From Octopus vulgaris (taxonomy: Eukaryota), in the NCBI GenBank assembly GCA_951406725.2, contig OX597840.1:39494001-39558000 (forward strand): 64,000 nt of DNA, in the 5' to 3' direction. Under the pieces are notes generated by a model, which saw only the letters and a list, made by a program, of their open reading frames with translations, was not told where the DNA came from and did no database searches. Positions 53,985 through 64,000 of the stretch are shown here, in pieces (within the stretch, counting starts at the first letter, position 1; each line of letters begins with the position of its first letter). Position numbers and translations under genes: made by a program.

Positions 53985-54686
53985 AACCATCGATCATGTT
54001 GTCTCCATGCGCAGTCTTCGTGCACCTACAGAGTATATCAACAGTCTTGATAAAGCAGCACAGTATATTTACTGGGTAATTTCCGAAAAAACCTGGAACT
54101 GCTCCATGATAAAAAGCCTTCACTGCTTGAAAATGATCACATCTCATTTCCCTGGAACTTCACCAATCAAACTGACGGAAAGATATATACGCATAGGCCA
54201 GACATTATATTGAAAGTTTCAGACAAAAATCATGCCTCCTCATTGATATATGACTCTCCCAATCGACATGAATGTATCTGTCAAGACCTACCAGAAACTG
54301 AGCAAGCATAAAAATCTTGAAATAGAAATTGGCAAAATGCGGGACTTCAAGATTAAGGCAATGCTTTTTGTCATAGGTGCCTTAGGAAAAGGGGCTGGTT
54401 CCTTACTAGCTGAGATACCAGGAAACCATAAAATGGCAGAAATCCGAAAGATAATGCTCATGGGAACTGCCCATATCCTACGTAAAATACTGTCTATATA
54501 ATCTTAAATTTTAAAACAAACTTATAATTTTCTTATGTATTCTCTGGAACAATTACTATATGCAAAACCAAATATATGACACCCTAGACATAACACCAAC
54601 TTGAACTTCTGACTTGTTGCCTTTTGAGGTCTCTGGGCGAGACTTGGAGTCAACTTGTACAAATGTAAAGCAAAAGTCAAACATAA

Positions 54687-54690
<4 letters not shown>
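53985..54690 (+). mobile_element. R4/Dong-clade retrotransposon 3' remnant (zinc-knuckle region and RLE), internally deleted
   Basis: TIDHVVS..APTEY, RPDII, LIDMTLP..KTYQKLSKHKNLEIEI..VIGALG..MGTAHILRKILS; ends in (TAA)n. Confidence 0.8.
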
Positions 54691-54764
<74 letters not shown>

Positions 54765-55150
54765 AAGAAGAAGAAGAAGAAGAAGAAGAAGAAGAGAAGA
54801 AGAAGACGATGACGACGACGACGACTAGGAAGAAGAAGAAAAAGAAGAAGAGGAAGAAATAGAAGAAGGGGGAGGGGAGAAGAAGAAGAAGAAGAAGAAG
54901 AAGAAGAAGAAGAAGAAGAAGAAGAAGATAAAGAAGAAGAAGAAGAAGAAGATAAAGAAGAATAAGAAGAAGATACAGAAGAAGAAGAAGAAGAAGATAA
55001 AGAAGAAGAAGAAGAAGAAGAAGAAGAAGAAGAAGAAGAAGAAGAAGAAGAAGAAGAAGAAGAAGAAGAAGAAGAAGAAGAAGAAGAAGAAGAAGAAGAA
55101 GAAGAAGAAGAAGAAGAAGAAGAAGAAGAGCAAGAAGAAGAAGAAGAAGA
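54687..55150. repeat. (TAA)n followed by a ~400-bp (GAA)n purine tract
   Basis: Directly visible. Confidence 0.95.
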
Positions 55151-55729
55151 ATATATATTTGTGACTTTTTGCATTCAGAAAGTGTCGCAATTTAAACGGA
55201 TGATGCATTATTCTTTTCCCTCGGTACCGGAATTTTTTTCCATTACGAAATGTATTGGGAAAAAAGGAAGCCAAAATAGTAGAGTAAGAAATTCATCTTA
55301 TTGTTTATTGAATTCGCTCAATAAACAGTTACAAAACGTTTAATTGAACGCTGAGAATTCCACAATGTTTATCGCCAATTAAGAATGATATAAATTAGAT
55401 CATTGTTTTGTTGCAATTATATTTTCATGAGATCGTTTACATATGTCACTAAATATTAAAATAAAAAAACTTTATATAAAACACTTACCGTATGTGTCTG
55501 ATTGAAAAGCCAGAAGCTGCGACTTTCGTCCGGGAAAAATAGACTTAAAGGCGTGATAATACATCTTAAGTAAGTTGTATAATTAAAGATTTTATTCTAC
55601 AACTGGTTTTATTGTGTATTTCGTATTTTATTCTAATAAATATTCAAATGACAGAATCCGCATCATGAATATCAAGCTCAACATCCTGTGTTTTGTAACT
55701 GTATAAAATACATCCTGTATTTTATGGAT

Positions 55730-56111
55730 GGAAGCACTCCGTCGGTTACGACGATGAGGGTTCCGGTTGATCCGAATCAACGGAACAGCCTGCTCGTGAA
55801 ATTAACGTGTAAGTGGCTGAGCACTCCACAGACACGTGTACCCTTAATGTAGTTCTCGGGGATATTCAGCGTGACACAGAGAGTGACAAGGCCGGCCCTT
55901 TGAAATACAGGTACAACAGAAACAGGAAGTAAGAGTGAGAGAAAGTTGTGGTGAAAGAGTACAGCAGGGATCACCACCATCCCCTGCCGGAGCCTCGTGG
56001 ACCTCATAGGTGTTTTCGCTCAATAAACACTCACAACGCCCGGTCTGGGAATCGAAACCGCGATCCTATGACCGCGAGTCCGCTGCCCTAACCACTGGGC
56101 CATTGCGCCTC
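55730..56111 (-). mobile_element. SINE family C, full length
   Basis: Near-identical to 21585; TSD-like cctgtat(t/c)ttat. Confidence 0.9.
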
Positions 56112-57149
56112 CCCTGTATCTTATAAACGGAGTCTGGACAGATTCCTTCAAGGAATACCGGAAAAGCCACCCAAACCTGGAAAAGCCAGGTATGGGTTTG
56201 TTTACGTTCCCATGAATTAATGATACAGTAAGAAACTTTCAAGAAATAAGTACGCGGATCGCTTTGTTTAACTACAGGTAATTCAAGGTGGCGCTCCAGA
56301 ATGGCCCCACTCAAATGAATGAAAACTATAGAAGGTAGAACAGTCAACCAAGGTAAAAAATACATTTTTGTAAAAAAAGATAAAAGCTGTAAATTCATGT
56401 CACACTGGTCACAGCACTTAACCATTTTCTTGGCGATTGACAATGCATTTACAGCAAGATGGCATCAGAATTTATATTGTACACAAAATCAAATTGAATT
56501 AAACAAAACATTATTTCACAGCGCTACAATTTAGTTGAGTTTCTACCCGTTTCATTGCATAAAATATGTTATTTCCATTGCAATATATTTTGATTTTTGC
56601 GTTTGAGAATTTAACATTATTTATTTCTATTACATCTAGAATATTTTCTCCCTTACATAATTTCCTTAAGTATCGCACAAATGTTTGTTTATATATGCCT
56701 GCATCTATGTACAATAGTTCCATGTGAAGAGACAGACATTTTTACGAGATCAGAGACTTTGCCTTCTGCCACCTTGTTGCATTCTACACACAAAAGACAT
56801 GTCAGGTTTACCATACTAAATTATGAAGATGAGACCGTTGTGTAACGTAATAGGAAGGACGCTAGACGCATTTATGAGGATATTTATGCCATTATTATGA
56901 ATTGAACACAGAGAACTTGGAAGGATATAAGAAAAATTCTAAATAAGAAAAAAAAGCCTAAAATACTTGAGCACAATTTTGATAATAAAATATAATTTAT
57001 GTGTATATGTATACTTCCATAGAAGTATGAGCGAATGCGTGAGTGTGTGTGTGTGCATACGTGTGAGTGTGTGTGTATATATATATATATACGCAAGCAC
57101 ACAGATATACACACTCACATTTAAGTGTGTGTGTATAAATATCTATATA

Positions 57150-57477
<328 letters not shown>

Positions 57478-57588
57478 TTGCACACGCACACATTTACATA
57501 GACAAAGAGAAAGAAAGAAAGAAAGAAAGATAGGTAGGCTGACAAGCCAGTTGGCTGGCAGGCAAGTAGAAATTTAGGTAGACAGGTA

Positions 57589-57738
57589 GGGCGGTGAGAT
57601 GACAGAAACGTTAGCACGCCGGGCGAAATGCTTAGCGGTATTTCGTCTGTCGTTACGTTCTGAGTTCAAATCTCGCCGAGGTCGACTTTGCCTTTCATCC
57701 TTTCGGGGTCGATTAAATAAGTACCAATTACGCACTGG
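57589..57738 (+). mobile_element. SINE family B, 3'-truncated
   Basis: Head and first part of the unit only. Confidence 0.85.
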
Positions 57739-57908
57739 TTTGTCTTCATTAATACCCGGAAATTTATTACTTTTACTACCGACTAATATTACAGGTATTA
57801 ATGTGAACTCTTACCCACATTTTGGGGCCCTTTGTTTTAAGCCATGAATAGAAAACATATCGCATGTTTATTTATATTCCCTCAAATGATAATAATAATA
57901 ATAATTAT

Positions 57909-58006
<98 letters not shown>

Positions 58007-58134
58007 TGTGTGTGTGTGTGTGTGTTTGAGTTTTTTTTATTATAATTATATAAAAATAAAAAAGAACGACTATAGTAATCCACCCTTATCAACACATGAA
58101 ATATTTATGTACCTATGGGTATGTTTGCACGTAA

Positions 58135-58167
<33 letters not shown>

Positions 58168-58689
58168 CTTATGTATATATATATATATATATATTCCTCA
58201 TTTATATACTTTTCATTCTTACACAACTATAATAATCTTAAGATAGACTGATCATTTAAATTCCACTATTATTTCTGATTTGATAATTCTTTCTTTCCTC
58301 TGTTTACATTTTATCTAATAAGAATAATATAAAGCAACCACCCTGATCCCCTCCCTTTTTTATTGCTATACACACACACACACACATTCACATACACACA
58401 CATATGCATGTATCTATGCATGTATATATATATGTATGTATGTGTGTATGTTTATACCGAAAGGAAAGCCTTGCGCAATCGAAGCATGTATTTCTAATAA
58501 TCACTATTTGGTTCGACTTCATTATTAGAAAATAAATCATTCGTTGCCATTACAGTCTTGCCATTCTTGATGTCACTCATGTAGATAATCTAACAGCGAC
58601 TCGGAGTAGTTTGTTATTCTTGACTCGAGTCGAACATTCCGTTACTCTAAACCACTCCCAAGCTTAGTAAGTGCAGCTGGAGTTATAAT

Positions 58690-58836
58690 GTTCACGAGTC
58701 GCGTCCGCGTCCTCCTCTACGTTCCCCTCCGAGCAACCGCCGCCCTCCGTCGCTGCCGCCGCCGCCGCCGCCGTCTCGCCTTTCGGCGTTCGCTCTGTGG
58801 GAATATCTCTTTCGTGCGAGCGTTCGTGCCGATCGA
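58690..58836. promoter_or_regulatory. Short CpG/GC-rich island with (GCC)n
   Basis: Clearest CpG-dense tract not explained by a repeat in this window; function inferred only. Confidence 0.35.
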
Positions 58837-58879
58837 CACATACACACATTTATATATTTAATGGTTCTTGTATTCGATT

Positions 58880-59083
58880 CCACATCGTAAAGTCGCGATT
58901 TCGATTCCTGGTAACGCGTTGTGCAATAGAGCAAGACACTTCTACATAGTTATCAAAAACGATTGTCCCTGAAATTCAAAGGGTCACTCTTGCCACATTC
59001 AGAGTTTCATGCTGAATCTCCCGGCGGACTACGTTGAGGGTATGCTTGTTTTTGGAGTGCTGAACCACGTACACATCAATTTT
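58880..59083 (+). mobile_element. Old decayed SINE family C
   Basis: ttcaaagggtc...gctgaatctccc...actacgttgaggg...tggagtgctgaaccac align with the family C body. Confidence 0.65.
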
Positions 59084-59120
59084 CTCTATTATATAGCAAC
59101 AAGGTATGTAAATATTAGCA

Positions 59121-59720
59121 AGGCGGTGAGCTGGTAGAATCGTTAGCACGCCGGGCGAAATGCTTAGCGGTATTTCGTCTGCGTTACGTTCTGAGTTCAA
59201 ATTCCGCCGAGGTCGACTTTGCCTTTCATCCTTTCGGGGTCGATAAACTAAGTACCAGTTACGCACTGGGGTCGATGTAATCGACTTAATACCTATGTCT
59301 GTCCTTGTTTGTTCCCTCTGTGTTTAGCCCCTTGTGGGTAATAAAGAAATAGGTATTTCGTCTTTGCTACGTTCTGAGATCAAATTCGACTGAGGTTGAC
59401 TTTGCCTTTCATCTTTTCGGGGTCGATAAATTAAGTACCAGTTACGCACTGGAGTCGATGTAATCGACTTAATACCTATGTCTGTCCTTGTTTGTCCCAT
59501 CTGTGTTTAGCCCCTTGTGGGTAGTAAAGCAATAGGTATTTCTTCTGCCGCTACGTTCTAAGTTCAAATTCCGCCGAGGTCAACTTTGCCTTTCATCCTT
59601 TCGGGGTCGATAAATTAAGTAGCAGTTACGCACTGGGGTCGATGGAAATGACATAATACCTATGTCTGTCCTTGTTTGTCCCCTCTGTGTTTAGCCCCTT
59701 GTGGGTAGTAAAGAAATAGG
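59121..59720 (+). mobile_element. SINE family B, trimeric, TSD-flanked
   Basis: 20-bp duplication aggtatgtaaatattagcaa (59102-59121, 59718-59737). Confidence 0.9.
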
Positions 59721-60229
59721 TATGTAAATATTAGCAAAAACGTATGCTTTCCATCGAAGATCCTATATTTATTGGCCAATAAATTACAGATATTTTACTT
59801 CTTATTCTAATCATAAGAATCTCAAAGGCCGGTCTTGACCCGTTGTGAACCTGAAACTAAAACTACTGTTCATTTATTAAAATGGAAAGTGTAGAAATAA
59901 TTTCAGAATTAATTGAAACGATTGTTGTCTTCAGTTTCATGTCCTCAGCAATGATATAGCAAATATGAAAAAAAAAAAATTCCTCCGTGAACAAGAATTG
60001 AACTCGAAATACTACACCTCAAATATAATTATGGACGCTTCAGTACAATTACGTACGTGTATTTTCAAAGATTTTTAATGTTGCAAAGGGACTACGTAAA
60101 CACACACACACACACACACACGCGCACATAAACACATATAAATATACAGACATATACATATGCACACCAAAGACAAACGCACACAGTCACTCACTAGGAA
60201 ATACATGTCTACATATGCTTAATAAATAT

Positions 60230-60295
<66 letters not shown>

Positions 60296-60302
60296 TATAT
60301 AC

Positions 60303-60339
<37 letters not shown>

Positions 60340-60404
60340 AAGAGACATACACACAAATATATATGGATATATATATGTGTGTGTTTATATATAATATATA
60401 CATA

Positions 60405-60503
<99 letters not shown>

Positions 60504-60858
60504 AATACATATATACACATACATATATAACATGCACATGTATACATATTCATATATTTATATATATATATATATGTATGTATGTATACATGCATACCTA
60601 TAGACATATGTTTGTGTGTGTGTATGTGTCTATAGTGAAGCGACTCATAATTGCATTGTTCGATATCTGAAGGGAATCGCATTCATGAGAACGTCAAATA
60701 GTCTCCGTTTCCTATATCAAATCTCAACCTACGACTTGTTCCGTCGCCTTCACGGAATTCATTTGTGTTCCTCTCGATGTACTTTTTGCCGACTCTTCAT
60801 ATATAATATTAATGATCTACTACGATGCTAATTGCATCCGAATACACACACACACACA

Positions 60859-60899
<41 letters not shown>

Positions 60900-61122
60900 A
60901 TACACAAATACACTCTGACCAACGTGGACCAATTTCTAAACATTGAGGCTAAATCTACTGTGGCAAAGATTTCCTCGCAAACATATATCACTATCTACCC
61001 ATATGGTTATCTATCTGTCAACAATCCATCTTTGTGTGTGAGTGTATGTATGTGTACCCGTATCTGTTTGTCTATCTATCCATCTGTCCATCAATCTAGC
61101 CATCCAACGATCTATCTATCTG

Positions 61123-61190
<68 letters not shown>

Positions 61191-61214
61191 CTTATATATA
61201 TAAATATATATATA

Positions 61215-61819
<605 letters not shown>

Positions 61820-61821
61820 CT

Positions 61822-61928
61822 TATTTGTTTCAGTCAATTGACTGAGGCCATGCTGGAGCACCGCTTTTCGTTGGACTGATCGATCCTAGGACTTATTCTT
61901 TGTAAGCCTAGTACTTATTCTATCGGTC
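61822..61928 (-). mobile_element. SINE family A, 3' fragment
   Basis: gtttcagtcaattgactgaggccatgctggagcaccgc...tagtacttattctatcggtc. Confidence 0.75.
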
Positions 61929-61979
61929 ACATTCCTAACAAACAACGCACCGTTATTTGTGTGAGAATATTCTCATATC

Positions 61980-62784
61980 CTTTTCTACTCTAGGCACAAG
62001 GCCTGAAATTTTTTTTGGGTGGGGGAGGTCCAGTCGATTAGATCAACTCCAGTACGCAACTTATTCTTAATTTATCGACCTCTAAAGGATGAAAGGCAAA
62101 GTGGACCTTGGCGGAATTTGAACTCAGAACACAAAGACAGGCGAAATACTGCTAAGCATTTCACCCGGTGTACGAGCGTTTCTTATTTCTTTACTATCCA
62201 CAAGGGGCTAAACACAGAGAGGACAAACAAAGACAGAGAAAGCGATTAAGTTGATAACATTGACATCCAGTGCGTAACTGGTACTTAATTTATCGACCCC
62301 GAAAGGATGAAAGGCAAAGTCAACATCAGCGGAATTTGATCTCAGAACGTAGCAAAGACGAAATACCTATTTCTTTATTACCCAGAAGGGGCTAAATACA
62401 GAGAGTTCAAACAAGGTCCGACAAACGGATTAAGTCGATTCTATCGACTCCAGTGCGTAGCTGGTACTTATTTAATCGACCCTGAAAGGATGAAAGTCAA
62501 AGTCAACCTCGGCGGAATTTGAACTCAGAACGTAACGACAGACGAAATACCTGTTTCTTTACTACCCACAAGGGCCTAAACACAGAGACGACAGACAAGG
62601 CCCGACAAACGGATAACGTCGATTCTATCGACCCCAGTGCGTAACTGGTACTTATTTAATCGATCCTGAAAGAATGAAAGGCAAAGTCGGCCTCGGCGGA
62701 ATTTGAACTCAGAACGTAAAGGCATACGATATACGGCTACGCATTTCACGCGGCGTACTAACGATCCTGCCAGCTCGCCGCCTT
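61980..62784 (-). mobile_element. SINE family B, tetrameric, TSD-flanked
   Basis: Four ~180-bp units; 16-bp TSD agaatattctcatatc (61964-61979, 62785-62800). Confidence 0.9.
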
Positions 62785-63433
62785 AGAATATTCTCATATC
62801 ATAATAACGGATATACAGGTGAGAACAACATGCGTCTTTCTATCACAAACACTGATTGTTTTTTGTTCCCCAGGTAGAAAAGATCTCATTCCTCTTCCTG
62901 AAGCTTATTTCCCTGTGTCTCACTTGATATAATTTCAATTTTTGTCTTCGTTTCTCAAATTATATTTCTTCTACTAGTATTTGCCATTTTAGAGAATGTT
63001 TTATTTTACATTCACATATTTCCCATTGCACAATTTTAATATCAAACGTTCAAATTAACCTTGATATTTACTTCGATTGAAACCTCCTTGTTCCCTTTTC
63101 TTCCTGTCTTTCACAACTTGTTTGCATATAGCCATACACACACTTACACACGTACATATGTATGTACGTAATTCGTATTCGCAATGGATTCAGTACCAGA
63201 ACAAAATAGCATTCTGTATTTAAATGGCTTCAGTGTTCTTCTTGTTATAAGCAGAAATACATCTGATGAGAATAGCATTAATTTCCTGAGTTCGCTCAAT
63301 TTCTCTCAATTGAACAATGGACCAATTGAGTTTAACCCATCAGTAATGTACCTATAACTACCACCAGAAACAGCTGTAAAGCGAATGTACTCCAGTACAG
63401 GCAAAATATATAATGATCATTATTCTTAACCTG

Positions 63434-63466
<33 letters not shown>

Positions 63467-63469
63467 TTA

Positions 63470-63520
63470 TTTTTTTAATCTAGTTTCAGCTCACGAGCTG
63501 TGGCCATGCTGGGGTACCGC
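63470..63520 (-). mobile_element. Isolated LINE 3' tail
   Basis: gcggtaccccagcatggccacagctcgtgagctgaaactaga matches 46589-46634. Confidence 0.7.
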
Positions 63521-63535
63521 GATTATATATATATA

Positions 63536-63605
<70 letters not shown>

Positions 63606-63611
63606 TATAAT

Positions 63612-63828
63612 AAATATTAGGGAATAAATCCAAACTTACAGGGAAAAATCAGATTTAGGAATGAATCCAATTTTATAGTAAAATATTATATTATATTAAA
63701 TTAGAGACAAAACCACTATTAGGCAAATCATACAATGAAAAACTTAAATAATCTTATGTATTGGCATAAGTTTTTCATTGTATGATTTGCCTAATAGTTG
63801 TTTTGTCTCTAATTTAATATAATATATA
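63612..63828. mobile_element. Penelope-like terminal fragment with fold-back (same family as 40250)
   Basis: attagagacaaaaccactattaggcaaatcatacaatgaaaaactta is mirrored at 63767-63826; in (TA)n. Confidence 0.7.
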
Positions 63829-63830
63829 TG

Positions 63831-63897
<67 letters not shown>

Positions 63898-64000
63898 AGG
63901 TTTGGAGATGATGTACAGGTATTATATATTAGAAGAAATGAGGTACTGAGATGGTCAAAACTCCTCACACAGGAACTTAGTTTGAAAACCCCACTAGAAT

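Noticed and set aside
54677-55274. Poly-Ser/Phe ORFs
   Set aside because: Read-through of the (GAA)n tract

Overview
AT-rich, repeat-saturated animal non-coding DNA (intergenic or a large intron). No intact protein-coding gene can be supported. The SINE families and the (TA)n/(GATA)n/(TAA)n load resemble an octopus or other coleoid cephalopod genome (inference from recalled repeat families). Nearly all ORFs in the track are microsatellite or SINE read-throughs. Recognisable content: four tRNA-derived SINE families (labelled A-D here), CR1/L2-group LINE remnants, R4/Dong-clade retroposon 3' ends in (TAA)n, a decayed mariner and a second Tc1/mariner fragment, two non-autonomous Helitrons, several MITEs and an ~80-nt 28S rRNA fragment. 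The most interesting signal is a set of non-coding fold-back elements, mostly in (TA)n, that carry minimal type-I hammerhead ribozyme (HHR) motifs of the Penelope pseudo-LTR/retrozyme type. These include a ~2.2-kb palindrome with four HHR cores and a TSD-flanked chimera of a tRNA (Pol III) head with an HHR tail, which looks like a Penelope-mobilised SINE. All alignments and folds were done by eye, so boundaries are approximate.
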